In this document: positions 17,614 through 26,801 of the stretch, in pieces
Position numbering within the stretch: position 1 is the first letter of the stretch
How the letters are laid out: every line of letters starts with the position of its first letter
From: an uncultured bacterium
Lineage (GTDB): Bacteria > Patescibacteriota > Minisyncoccia > Phycocordibacterales > UBA9973
Assembly (NCBI GenBank): GCA_937903035.1
Contig: CALCZP010000004.1
Span: 181,506-245,505, forward strand
Direction of reading: 5' to 3'
Length of the DNA stretch: 64,000 bases
Translations under genes and position numbers: made by a program
Notes under the pieces: generated by a model
Database searches by the model: none
What the model saw: the letters and a program-made list of their open reading frames with translations, nothing else
Told to the model about the DNA's origin: nothing

Positions 17614-18152
17614 AATTGTTTATCGTTATTAATCGCACATACATTACATAATTGTAATTTTCAGTTCGACAAAACTGAGGCATGGCGTTGTCAGATACAT
17701 ATGAGATCTTTGTCATCTTATATATACCGACGAGTTCGCAGATGGCGTACGGTAACGAGCCGTACTGTATCTGCCGTGTCGACAGGGCCGATATCGTGTC
17801 TTCCGCCCGCTGCCGTTTGACCGGAGCGAGGCAGAACACAAATATTTTGGACGACCGCCGAAAATGAATAATCGTTATTGTGAACAATTTCGATATGCTA
17901 TTTTCAACGATCAATCCGTGCGTGGTTTACTTACATTACTGCAAGACATTTCACTCTTTCGAATGAAGTGCCCACTATTTGTCTTCTGGCTCCGCAACCA
18001 GTCTTGCGACAGATGGCGGACAGAAAGACAGTGATAATACTACCATACTAGCCCTTGTAGAGCTAGTGTTTGTGGTATCAAAACCATCAGACTTCAGAGA
18101 ACAAAAGAAGTGGTAAACCACCTAGTACTGAGACGCGTGTAGCGCACAAATC

Positions 18153-18764
18153 TTACATAGACATATAGACACTCCAACGTTTTGATCCTCGTTTGGTCAT
18201 CTTGCCCTCAGAGACAAGTGCACCGAGTTCGCGCTGTATTGTCTTCTCGGACAGCTCTGGAAAGATCGCAGCAATGTCCTTGATACCAGCACTCTTTCGG
18301 TCATTAATGAAGGACAAAATTGCTTGCTTACGATCAGTCTTTATTTCATTTGTTTTAGATATTTTTTTATCGGACAAACTGTTCTGAAGTGATGCGACCG
18401 ATGTACTAAAGGACGAGATTTTTTTAGCTGTACTATCGGACATTGTTGGGGTGGTTGCTGATACCGCAAATAGTGATCTGACGTCACTCTGACCATCGAG
18501 TACTGAAGTGACGAAATGTCTGACTTCGAGCAAAATGATGGACGCATTTTTCTCTGATACTAGACCTGCCATAACTGCCCCTCCAAGCAACATATCAACT
18601 CGATCACGAACGTGTGGGATTGCAGCAGCATCACTTCGGACAAGCGCGAGTGCCTCGGTTCTGATGGCGACCTTGAGTGGATCAGTATCAGACAAATGCC
18701 CGGTAACTAAATACAAGGCAGCTACAATTTTTTGTCCTTTTGTTTTGTCTATTAGATTTTCCAT
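18153..18764 (-). CDS. Hypothetical protein with a C-terminal winged helix-turn-helix (DeoR/MarR-like) domain
   Basis: 203 aa. The C-terminus reads KQAILSFINDRKSAGIKDIAAIFPELSEKTIQRELGALVSEGKMTKRGSKRWSVY. Confidence 0.45.
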   Translation of the reverse strand: MENLIDKTKGQKIVAALYLVTGHLSDTDPLKVAIRTEALALVRSDAAAIPHVRDRVDMLLGGAVMAGLVSEKNASIILLEVRHFVTSVLDGQSDVRSLFAVSATTPTMSDSTAKKISSFSTSVASLQNSLSDKKISKTNEIKTDRKQAILSFINDRKSAGIKDIAAIFPELSEKTIQRELGALVSEGKMTKRGSKRWSVYMSM

Positions 18765-18956
18765 ATGTTTTTAAACCTAAATTTAGATTGCGAGATTGTC
18801 TCTTATAAATACGTTCTTGTCCATGAGATTGTTCTTTCGGACATCAGTATAGAGGACAGGTGTCCCTTGTTGCAAGGTCATGTCCGTGTCCAAATTATCC
18901 TTATACTGTAATGGTTTTTCCCGATACGAGTGATATACTATGAGAGCATTTTCTGT

Positions 18957-21128
18957 ATGGCAAAGAAACCAAATCCCCCGAAAAAAAATCAGGCCTCAAG
19001 CTCAACAAACCATGTTGTTATCGGCCTTCTCCTCCTATTACTAGCACTGATTGCAGCAGGTGGACTCGTTGGTGCAGCAGGTATTGGAGGGCTTGTTATC
19101 GCCCGCGGTGCACGCATACTCTTTGGGTATGGAGAGGTGCTTCTCCCGCTGTCACTTGCGACTGCAGGCGTCCTGGTCATCCGCAAACGATCTCTTGGTG
19201 CAACTCCTCGTGAATATAGTAGTGCAGCAGTTGGACTCCTCTCACTCCTCGCGCTCCTCTCAATGGTAAGCGCTGTTGGTGGCGGACTATTTGGCAAGAT
19301 TCTCGCACTCCCACTCATGAGTGCATTTGATGCCACATTTGCAGGTATCGTACTCGCCTTTTTGACCGCAGGATCGTTCATCGTATTCTTTGACCAGACA
19401 CCAAATCTCTTCCCGTTTTTTGCGAAGGTTTGGGAACGTCTGAGTGGCAATACCTCACGCACAAGCGATGATGAAGATGAGCTCCTTGATGATGAAGAAG
19501 CACTCCCTGTTGCACGACCTGTTGCAGCGGCAATGGCAGAGGCTACCCCTAGAAAAGAAGTCCCTCGTGACTTCAAAGTAACCGACGGAAATACTGAAAA
19601 AGAAGAGTTCCAAATCGACACTAAAAAGAAGCGTGGCAATGGTACCTACACCCCTCCTCCGGTATCACTCCTCGAAGGTGATCGCGGTAAGGCAAATGTG
19701 GGTGATGTAAAAGCAAATGCCAACATCATCAGACGGACCCTCTCGAACTTCGGTATCGAAGTTGAAATGGACGAAGTCACCATCGGTCCGACCGTCACTC
19801 GATATGCACTCAAGCCGGCCCAAGGTGTCAAACTTTCTCGTATTGTCGGTCTCCAAAATGACCTCGCGCTTTCACTCGCAGCACACCCACTGCGTATCGA
19901 AGCCCCAATCCCAGGCAAGTCTCTCGTGGGTATTGAGATTCCAAACAAGAGCAAGGCAACCGTTGGTCTCGCAAGCCTCATTTCTGATCCAGCATTCCAT
20001 GTTGATGCGCCACTACTCGCAGCTATTGGTCGCAACATTGCCGGCAAGCCGGTGTACTACTCGATTGCAAAGATGCCACACCTCCTCATCGCAGGTACGA
20101 CTGGATCTGGTAAATCAGTGACTATTCATGCCATCATCTCATCCCTCATCTACCGCCATGGACCGGATGACCTACGCTTTATTTTCGTTGACCCAAAGCG
20201 CGTTGAGCTCACCCTCTACAATGGTATTCCACACCTCCTCACTCCAGTGATCACTGAACCAAAGAAAGCAATCCTCTCACTCAAGTGGGCAGCAACCGAG
20301 ATGAATCGCCGCTATGACATTCTTGAATCTGAGAGTGTGCGCGATATCGTCAGCTATCACAAAAAGCATGCTGCCGAGTTTGCAAAGCCTGCGACTGACG
20401 ACGCAGATGCGCACGACCGCATGCCATACATCGTCATCATCATCGATGAGCTCGCAGATATTATGCAGGCATATCCTCGTGAACTCGAAGCAGCTATTGT
20501 TCGCCTTGCGCAGATGTCCCGAGCTGTGGGTATCCACCTCATCCTCTCAACCCAGCGCCCTGAAGTGAACGTCATTACGGGTCTGATTAAGGCAAACGTA
20601 CCATCTCGTATTGCCCTTCGTGTGCCGACCGGTATCGACTCTCGTACCATTTTGGATACAACTGGTGCTGAAAAACTCCTCGGTCAAGGTGATATGCTCG
20701 CACTCGTTGGTACAAGCCAAGCAGAACGTATTCAATCAGCATTCATCACTGAAGATGAGGTCAAGAACGTCGTGAAGCACCTCAAGAACGCCTTTAAGGA
20801 CGAGCTCCCTGACATGATCGAACTCTCAGGCAACATTGCTGGTGAAAAGAGTATGTTCAGTGACGACATGGGCGAAGGCGGCTCTGATGACGATGCACTC
20901 TATGAGGAAGCTCGTATGATAGTGATTGAAGCAGGCAAAGCCTCTACCTCATACATTCAACGCAAGCTCAAAGTCGGCTATGCACGTGCAGCACGCCTCA
21001 TGGATATGCTTGAAGAACGTGGGATTATCGGTGCGTCAGATGGTGCAAAGCCTCGTGAGGTGCTCGATAGTAGTAATGGTCGTGGGTCATCAACTGTCGA
21101 CCAAGTAGCCGAAGACATGGGTCTCTAA
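18957..21128 (+). CDS. ftsK: DNA translocase FtsK/SpoIIIE
   Basis: N-terminal TM helices and a linker. The motor domain has Walker A LIAGTTGSGKSV, DEL Walker B and a C-terminal gamma-like wHTH (SYIQRKLKVGYARAARLMDMLEERGII). An alternative GTG start at 18930 is possible. Confidence 0.9.
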   Translation: MAKKPNPPKKNQASSSTNHVVIGLLLLLLALIAAGGLVGAAGIGGLVIARGARILFGYGEVLLPLSLATAGVLVIRKRSLGATPREYSSAAVGLLSLLALLSMVSAVGGGLFGKILALPLMSAFDATFAGIVLAFLTAGSFIVFFDQTPNLFPFFAKVWERLSGNTSRTSDDEDELLDDEEALPVARPVAAAMAEATPRKEVPRDFKVTDGNTEKEEFQIDTKKKRGNGTYTPPPVSLLEGDRGKANVGDVKANANIIRRTLSNFGIEVEMDEVTIGPTVTRYALKPAQGVKLSRIVGLQNDLALSLAAHPLRIEAPIPGKSLVGIEIPNKSKATVGLASLISDPAFHVDAPLLAAIGRNIAGKPVYYSIAKMPHLLIAGTTGSGKSVTIHAIISSLIYRHGPDDLRFIFVDPKRVELTLYNGIPHLLTPVITEPKKAILSLKWAATEMNRRYDILESESVRDIVSYHKKHAAEFAKPATDDADAHDRMPYIVIIIDELADIMQAYPRELEAAIVRLAQMSRAVGIHLILSTQRPEVNVITGLIKANVPSRIALRVPTGIDSRTILDTTGAEKLLGQGDMLALVGTSQAERIQSAFITEDEVKNVVKHLKNAFKDELPDMIELSGNIAGEKSMFSDDMGEGGSDDDALYEEARMIVIEAGKASTSYIQRKLKVGYARAARLMDMLEERGIIGASDGAKPREVLDSSNGRGSSTVDQVAEDMGL

Positions 21129-21133
21129 CTTCT

Positions 21134-21535
21134 ATGATGAACCGAATCAACCACCAACAACTCACCCTTCCAAAAATCCTGCTCTACACCGCAGGTATTG
21201 CGCTTGCTAGTCTCGTCTTCTACAACAGCAAGGATATGATCTTTGGTGCACCGCTACGCGTTGAGACGGTGGCAGATGGTACAACACTCGAAGATCCGTT
21301 TCTTCCGATAAGTGGTGTTGCAGGCCATGCACGAGAGCTTGCCATCAACGGCCGATCTGTGGCATTGGACCGTAAGGGTAATTTTCATGACGGCGTTCTC
21401 CTTTCCCCAGGGTATAATGTGGTAGAGGTAGCCCTCAAGGACCAATTTGGTAACCGAAAGGTCAAAACATACCACCTCGTCGTACAAGAGAGCGCATCGG
21501 TTGCAGTAGCGTCGAGCGAGCAGTATCAACAATAA
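21134..21535 (+). CDS. Hypothetical membrane-anchored protein
   Basis: 133 aa with a single N-terminal TM ([16 protein letters not shown]). It is tightly linked between ftsK and recA. Confidence 0.45.
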   Translation: MMNRINHQQLTLPKILLYTAGIALASLVFYNSKDMIFGAPLRVETVADGTTLEDPFLPISGVAGHARELAINGRSVALDRKGNFHDGVLLSPGYNVVEVALKDQFGNRKVKTYHLVVQESASVAVASSEQYQQ

Positions 21536-21545
21536 TTTCAATTTT

Positions 21546-22592
21546 ATGGCAGTCAAAAAAGCAAAAGCAGCAAAGGAAACAAACTCCTCTATCGAGGATA
21601 CTATTAAGAGTATTCAGACCAAGTTTGGTGAAGGTGCGATCATGAAGCTCGGTGAATCCCCAAAAGTCGACATCAGTACCGTCCCTACTGGGTCAATCGG
21701 TCTAGATATCGCACTTGGGATTGGTGGTATGCCTCGCGGCCGTATCATTGAGATCTTTGGCCCTGAATCCTCTGGTAAGACAACACTTGCGCTCCATGTT
21801 GTCGCAGAAGCACAAAAGATAGGTGGTATCTGTGCATATATCGATGCTGAACACGCAATGGACCCAGACTACGCTGGCAAGATCGGGGTGAATATCAACG
21901 AACTACTTATCTCGCAGCCTGATACTGGTGAGCAAGGGCTTGAGATCTGTGAGTCACTTGTACGCTCTGGCAAGATCGACGTCATTGTTGTTGACTCTGT
22001 CGCCGCTCTCACACCAAAGGATGAGATCGAAGGTGATATGGGTCAGCAGCACATGGGTAAACAGGCTCGTCTCATGTCCCAAGCGCTCCGCAAGCTCACT
22101 GCTATCGTCCACAAGTCCAAAACCATCGTGATCTTTATCAACCAGATCCGTATGCAGATCGGTGTCATGTTCGGTAACCCTGAGACGACTCCAGGTGGTA
22201 AAGCACTCAAGTTCTACACCTCGATCCGTCTTGATATCCGTCGTATTGCCCAGATCAAAAAAGGCGAAGAAGTTGTCGGCTCTCGCACACGCGTCAAAGT
22301 GGTCAAAAACAAGGTTGCTGCGCCATTTAAGCAGACTGAGTTTGATATTATCTATGGCGAAGGTATCTCTCTCGAAGGTGAACTCCTCGCACTCGGTGAG
22401 AAGCTTGGTGTGGTGACTAAGAGCGGTACCTCGTACTCCTACACCCCCGAAGGTAAAGAAGAGGTAAAACTCGGCCGTGGCTATGACGCTTCCCGTGTAT
22501 TCATGCGTGAGAATCCAAAGGTACGTGATGCCATCACCAAAGACGTCCGTAAGCGCATGAAGGACGTGGTAATGGAAAGCTCTGGCGAGTAA
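21546..22592 (+). CDS. recA: Recombinase RecA
   Basis: 348 aa: [19 protein letters not shown] (Walker A) and the [10 protein letters not shown] region; full-length RecA similarity. Confidence 0.95.
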   Translation: MAVKKAKAAKETNSSIEDTIKSIQTKFGEGAIMKLGESPKVDISTVPTGSIGLDIALGIGGMPRGRIIEIFGPESSGKTTLALHVVAEAQKIGGICAYIDAEHAMDPDYAGKIGVNINELLISQPDTGEQGLEICESLVRSGKIDVIVVDSVAALTPKDEIEGDMGQQHMGKQARLMSQALRKLTAIVHKSKTIVIFINQIRMQIGVMFGNPETTPGGKALKFYTSIRLDIRRIAQIKKGEEVVGSRTRVKVVKNKVAAPFKQTEFDIIYGEGISLEGELLALGEKLGVVTKSGTSYSYTPEGKEEVKLGRGYDASRVFMRENPKVRDAITKDVRKRMKDVVMESSGE

Positions 22593-22621
22593 TACCCAAC
22601 CCCCCTTTAAAATATTTGACA

Positions 22622-22646
22622 AAAAGCGCATAATATTGCGTTTTTT
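22622..22646 (+). terminator. Probable weak intrinsic terminator after recA
   Basis: AAAAGCGCATAATATTGCGTTTTTT is a short stem with a G-T wobble followed by T6. Confidence 0.35.
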
Positions 22647-22687
22647 GTATTTATATGGTTTACTTAGAGAAATAAAACGATAGTACT

Positions 22688-23221
22688 ATGACAATTGAAA
22701 AACCTCCGACAAGACTTGAACTTATGACAGCAGCAGCACATTTAGATTATATGGGATTTCCTGCTCGGTATATCCGATATGTGGAACCCTACGAATCAGT
22801 CGATGAGAAGCTCCAAGATGCACTCGTTGCTCATGGAGTAGTTATGGAATATGCAACAATGATCACTCGGATTATTGAATCATATCTTTCAAGAAGTTTC
22901 TTTATACCTCCCTTCTTTGAATTAAAAGATGAGAGAAGTGCATTTTATAAGAAACTTCCGGACAATGTGCTTGGTATAATCAACAATTCAAACACAAGAA
23001 AAAGTCAACAAGAACATGTTGTTTCTGCATTAAATTTTCTGCTAGAAAGCACTCCATCATGCCAGCAGCTTGCAAAAGAAATCAAACAAAGCTTTTACGA
23101 TTTTGAATGGGAAAAAGACACTAAAAACGCAAAAGTTTTAATTGCTCATACCGAATCATTTCGGGAGCATCTGTTAAAGCTATGCTTTATGTTTACTACA
23201 CATACTTCATTATTGGAGTAA
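22688..23221 (+). CDS. Hypothetical protein (at the position often held by recX, but no RecX repeats recognised)
   Basis: 177 aa in an AT-rich coding region. No motif recognised. Confidence 0.4.
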   Translation: MTIEKPPTRLELMTAAAHLDYMGFPARYIRYVEPYESVDEKLQDALVAHGVVMEYATMITRIIESYLSRSFFIPPFFELKDERSAFYKKLPDNVLGIINNSNTRKSQQEHVVSALNFLLESTPSCQQLAKEIKQSFYDFEWEKDTKNAKVLIAHTESFREHLLKLCFMFTTHTSLLE

Positions 23222-23302
23222 CACGACCAATCCCCTCTATAAATATATAGAGGGGATTTTTTTATTGGACTTTTAACGTTAATTTGGCTACAATCTCGTT
23301 CT

Positions 23303-23884
23303 ATGGCAATGCTTGAATACAGCGAAGTTCGCGAACACAAAATTATCCTTTGGGAAGGTCAACCGTACGAGGTCATTACTTCGCACGTCTTTCGCAAGCA
23401 GCAGCGCAAGCCGGTGAATGCGACCAAGCTCAAGAACCTTATTACCGGCCGTGTGGCTGAGATTTCATTCGCTTCATCTGACAAGGTTGAGGAGGCTGAT
23501 ATCATCACCCGCCCGATGATCTACCTCTACAAGACCAAGACTGAGGTCTGGATCTGCGATGTAAAGGATCGCAGTGCACGTTCATCGATCAAGATGGATG
23601 TGGTCGGCGACAAGCTGAAGTTCATCAAAGAAAACTCTGAGATCGAGCTCATCATCTTTACCAACGACGATGACGAAGAGCAGATCATTGGTATCAAAGT
23701 ACCGATCAAGGTAGAGCTCGAAGTCACCGAAGCTCCTCCTGCAATCAAGGGTGCAAGTGTCACTGGTGGCAACAAAGTCGCGACTGTTGAGACTGGTGCA
23801 AATGTCCAAGTCCCCCTCTTTGTGGAAGTCGGCGATCGCATCAAGATCAACACTGAAACTGGAGAATATACGGAGCGAGCATAA
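23303..23884 (+). CDS. efp: Translation elongation factor P
   Basis: 193 aa. The N-terminus reads KIILWEGQPYEVITSHVFRKQQRKPVNATKLKNLITGRV, with three OB-like domains of EF-P. Confidence 0.9.
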   Translation: MAMLEYSEVREHKIILWEGQPYEVITSHVFRKQQRKPVNATKLKNLITGRVAEISFASSDKVEEADIITRPMIYLYKTKTEVWICDVKDRSARSSIKMDVVGDKLKFIKENSEIELIIFTNDDDEEQIIGIKVPIKVELEVTEAPPAIKGASVTGGNKVATVETGANVQVPLFVEVGDRIKINTETGEYTERA

Positions 23885-23900
23885 CTCATATACATAAACA

Positions 23901-23925
23901 AAAACCGCCCGGATGGGCGGTTTTT
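23901..23925. terminator. Bidirectional intrinsic terminator shared by efp (+) and rpsR (-)
   Basis: AAAACCGCCCGGATGGGCGGTTTTT. Confidence 0.65.
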
Positions 23926-23934
23926 GTGTTTTGT

Positions 23935-24135
23935 TTAGTACGTTACAAATGGGAGGAGTCCCATGAAGCGAGAGCGTTTGACGGCTTCACTTACCATACG
24001 CTGATTCTTCGCTGACAAACCGGTGCGCTTGCGAGGCAAGATGCGGCCGTTTGGGTTGAGGAATCGCTTGAGGTTGTCTACATCCTTGTAGTCAACAAAG
24101 CGGATGTTGTTTGCGTTAAAGTAGTCGTTTTTCAT
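23935..24135 (-). CDS. rpsR: 30S ribosomal protein S18
   Basis: 66 aa: [59 protein letters not shown]. Confidence 0.9.
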   Translation of the reverse strand: MKNDYFNANNIRFVDYKDVDNLKRFLNPNGRILPRKRTGLSAKNQRMVSEAVKRSRFMGLLPFVTY

Positions 24136-24137
24136 AA

Positions 24138-24605
24138 TTAGAATGGGATATCTTCAAGGTTGATCTCTTCATCGGGGTACTCAATGGTATCGAGGTCTGC
24201 CGGAGCTTGCTTTTGTGGAGCTTCTGCGTCTGACACAGCACTCATTGGAGCCGCACTCGGTCCACCACCCATACCAGAAGACTTGGCGCCAAACTGGAAA
24301 GTATCGAGGATGATTTCGGTACGGTAGTTTTTCTTGCCGTCCTGACCATCCCAACTGCGCGTCTGGAGACGTCCTTCGATCATGAGTGAGCTTCCCTTGC
24401 GAGCGTACTGCGCAAGCGTTTCCGCCTGACGTCCGAATGCCACTACATTGTGATATTCGGTCGCTTCTTTGCGAGCGCCTTGGGCGTCTTTCCATACACG
24501 GTTGGTAGCGAGCGAGATGCTTGCGACTTTAGTGCCGGTTGCGATCGCCTTGAGTTCAGGATCACGAGTAAGGTTGCCGATGAGGAGTACTTTGTTGAGA
24601 TACAT
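24138..24605 (-). CDS. ssb: Single-stranded DNA-binding protein
   Basis: 155 aa with an OB-fold N-terminus ([16 protein letters not shown]...), a Gly-rich linker and an acidic C-terminal tip ending DIPF. Confidence 0.9.
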   Translation of the reverse strand: MYLNKVLLIGNLTRDPELKAIATGTKVASISLATNRVWKDAQGARKEATEYHNVVAFGRQAETLAQYARKGSSLMIEGRLQTRSWDGQDGKKNYRTEIILDTFQFGAKSSGMGGGPSAAPMSAVSDAEAPQKQAPADLDTIEYPDEEINLEDIPF

Positions 24606-24614
24606 ATCTGATAT

Positions 24615-25127
24615 TTATGCTTCGGTTGAAGCGTTATCCGCTGCTACTTCTGCTTCAAGATCAGGAAGCTTTTCGTGGTCTGATTTCATGTCATCAGCAT
24701 CATCTGCTGCGACCTCTTCTTCGACCGCGAGTTCTTCTTCCACATCCATTGCAAAACCTCGCTTTGGTTCTACTTTTGGCTTTTTAAAGACAATCGTGTT
24801 TTCAGCACTTGTCTTCACTAGTATATACCGAACGAGTGGGATGATACCATCGAGGGTCTTTTTCAATGATTCAAGTGCACTTGGCTCAGCCTCAAATTTG
24901 AGTGAACCAAAGTATCCTTGGTTGTACTTGAATTTCTTGCTCGCAACATCCTTTTCCATGGTGTATGCAAGGTCGATGAATTCTGCTGTACCTTCGCTAA
25001 CTATGGTACCTTCGAGCGCGGTGATTGCACTTACGAGTGCTACTACCTGCTCTGACACTTCTGTCTCAACGACAGTCGGAGCAAAGATGTACCCAAGCTC
25101 GTACGTACGTGTGTTTTTTTCTGACAT
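24615..25127 (-). CDS. rpsF: 30S ribosomal protein S6 with an acidic C-terminal extension
   Basis: MSEKNTRTYELGYIF...KKFKYNQGYFGSLKFEAEP...VRYILVK, then an E/D/A-rich tail. Classic rpsF-ssb-rpsR order. Confidence 0.85.
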   Translation of the reverse strand: MSEKNTRTYELGYIFAPTVVETEVSEQVVALVSAITALEGTIVSEGTAEFIDLAYTMEKDVASKKFKYNQGYFGSLKFEAEPSALESLKKTLDGIIPLVRYILVKTSAENTIVFKKPKVEPKRGFAMDVEEELAVEEEVAADDADDMKSDHEKLPDLEAEVAADNASTEA

Positions 25128-25331
25128 CAGAATAAGAACTATTTCAGAACAAATTGAATATATGGTCGCGAGGACTGTCTGAGCCGAATGGCGACTTCCG
25201 CAGCGGACATATATTCAGATTTGAGAAGAAATAGGTTTGATTTACTTGTTAAAATGAGCCCGCTTCGGACCATGCATCCCAGGGACTGTGCCAAAGGACG
25301 AACGGGGGCTACCGGGCAATACTACCCCAGA

Positions 25332-26123
25332 TTAGGCGTTTTGTAAATTAAACAGGTTTTGGACGTTTTGGAGAAGTTGGACCTCGGTTTCCTCAAGTGA
25401 AATACCCTTGATTTCAGACACTTTTTTCACCACTTCGACGACATATGCAGGCTCGTTGCGGCGACCTCGATATGGGATTGGAGCTGCAAACGGCGCATCG
25501 GTTTCCGAGAGAATACGATCGATTGGGACATACCTTACTATCTCTTCATATTCAGGGAATATCGTAATCACACCAGAAAATGAAATGTGGAATCCCAGAT
25601 CAAGAAACCGCTTCGCAATCTCCGTACTACCCACAAAGAAATGCGCGGTGCCACGCATGGTCGGCCATACCTCCTTGTGTGACTCGAGCATATCAAGTGC
25701 ATCTTCGTAGGCAGTCATCGTGCCCTGCTCCGGTCTAATATGAAGCATAAGCGGTAGATCGAGCTCTACAGCAAGCGCGATCTGCGCAGCAAAGAGTCTT
25801 CGCTGCTCATCAATATGTGCACGCTCATCAGGTCGGAAATAGTCAAGCCCACACTCCCCAACTCCAACTACACGAGATTTAGTCGCAAGCTCTTTCATTG
25901 CCTCAGCATTCCATGGAGTTGCCCACTCAGTCGGATGCTGCCCGACGATTGCCCAGATAGTGTCATGAGTATGTGCGAGATCTACTGCAAACGCACTTGT
26001 TGCTTCATCAATACCGATACAAATTGTACCCACTCCAGCTTCTACCATTCGCGCGATTGCATCCTCGCGATCAGCATCAAATTGGGAGAGATTGAAATGT
26101 GAATGAGTGTCAATTACTTTCAT
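25332..26123 (-). CDS. tatD: TatD-family metal-dependent hydrolase/DNase
   Basis: 263 aa: MKVIDTHSHFNLSQFDADREDAIARMVEAGV...; the conserved His/Glu/Asp pattern of TatD. Confidence 0.85.
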   Translation of the reverse strand: MKVIDTHSHFNLSQFDADREDAIARMVEAGVGTICIGIDEATSAFAVDLAHTHDTIWAIVGQHPTEWATPWNAEAMKELATKSRVVGVGECGLDYFRPDERAHIDEQRRLFAAQIALAVELDLPLMLHIRPEQGTMTAYEDALDMLESHKEVWPTMRGTAHFFVGSTEIAKRFLDLGFHISFSGVITIFPEYEEIVRYVPIDRILSETDAPFAAPIPYRGRRNEPAYVVEVVKKVSEIKGISLEETEVQLLQNVQNLFNLQNA

Positions 26124-26202
26124 CTAATGATTGTACTATACATCATAAATATTGACATAATATATTAAATATGTATAATAATATCAAACAAAACTTACAA
26201 TC

Positions 26203-26763
26203 ATGTCACTTGAAAAGAAATTCGAGAAAAACGGATGGTTCCCTATTCTCAAGAAAATAGATTTTGAAACAAGGGATCGCTTCGAAAAATACATCATCAA
26301 ACAGGAAGATGACTTAAAAATATTCTTCAATACAAGTGGTGGCGATGTAAACGTTGCATTGTCTATTGTTGATCTTATGAATTTATGGAAAAAAGTAGAA
26401 GGGAAAAAAGTCAAATCCTTTTGCTTGGGAGAGTGCAGCTCGGCAGGCCTTACCATCCTATCGTCATGTGATAATGAATTTAGAGAATGTGCACCAAACA
26501 CTCGTTTTTTATTTCATAGCCATTTTTATCGAGTAAACCTTCGACACAACTTAGGTCTTGAGGCAAACCAACAAGCACTCCTAAAACAATGGCAATGGTT
26601 TGAAAAAGCCATTAAACAAGAATCTGACGGCTTTAAACTTTCAGATGAAAAAATTATGGAATTAAGACAATTTGGAGAAAATCATTCTTATTCTCTCAAT
26701 CCAAATGAAGCAAAGGAGTTGGGTATCATTGCAAAGATAACGGATATGCCAAGCATTCTGTAA
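26203..26763 (+). CDS. Divergent ClpP-family (S14) serine peptidase-like protein, orphan with no clpX nearby
   Basis: 186 aa. IFFNTSGGDVNVALSIVDLMNLWKK...GECSSAGLTILSSCD...RFLFHSHFY aligns to ClpP YINSPGG...GQAASMG...RVMIHQP. The catalytic Ser and His positions are retained. The coding region is AT-rich. Confidence 0.55.
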   Translation: MSLEKKFEKNGWFPILKKIDFETRDRFEKYIIKQEDDLKIFFNTSGGDVNVALSIVDLMNLWKKVEGKKVKSFCLGECSSAGLTILSSCDNEFRECAPNTRFLFHSHFYRVNLRHNLGLEANQQALLKQWQWFEKAIKQESDGFKLSDEKIMELRQFGENHSYSLNPNEAKELGIIAKITDMPSIL

Positions 26764-26766
26764 AGC

Positions 26767-26799
26767 AAAACCTTCAGAGTAATACTCTGAAGGTTTTTT
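26767..26799. terminator. Bidirectional intrinsic terminator between the clpP-like gene (+) and metG (-)
   Basis: AAAACCTTCAGAGTAATACTCTGAAGGTTTTTT. Confidence 0.65.
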
Positions 26800-26801
26800 A
26801 T

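Noticed and set aside
17614-18152. Possible RNase P RNA or tmRNA in the long intergenic region
   Set aside because: I searched both strands by eye for the RNase P P4/CR-I/CR-V consensus (AGGAAAGTCCGGGCT / ACAGAAnCCGGCTTA) and for a tmRNA tRNA-like 3' end (GGTTCGAnTCC...CCA). I found neither; only the generic structured island is reported.
19646-20650. Multiple 60-135-aa ORFs on both strands inside ftsK (e.g. 19646..20047, 19717..20121, 20357..20650)
   Set aside because: They are embedded in a continuous, well-conserved FtsK reading frame. Typical spurious ORFs in GC-moderate coding DNA.
22688-23221. recX call for the gene following recA
   Set aside because: The protein lacks the triple-repeat helical RecX signature and shows no recognisable similarity. 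Kept as hypothetical.
24469-25182. 237-aa plus-strand ORF antisense to ssb and rpsF
   Set aside because: Low-complexity Ser/Ala-rich translation opposite two conserved genes. Rejected as an antisense artefact.
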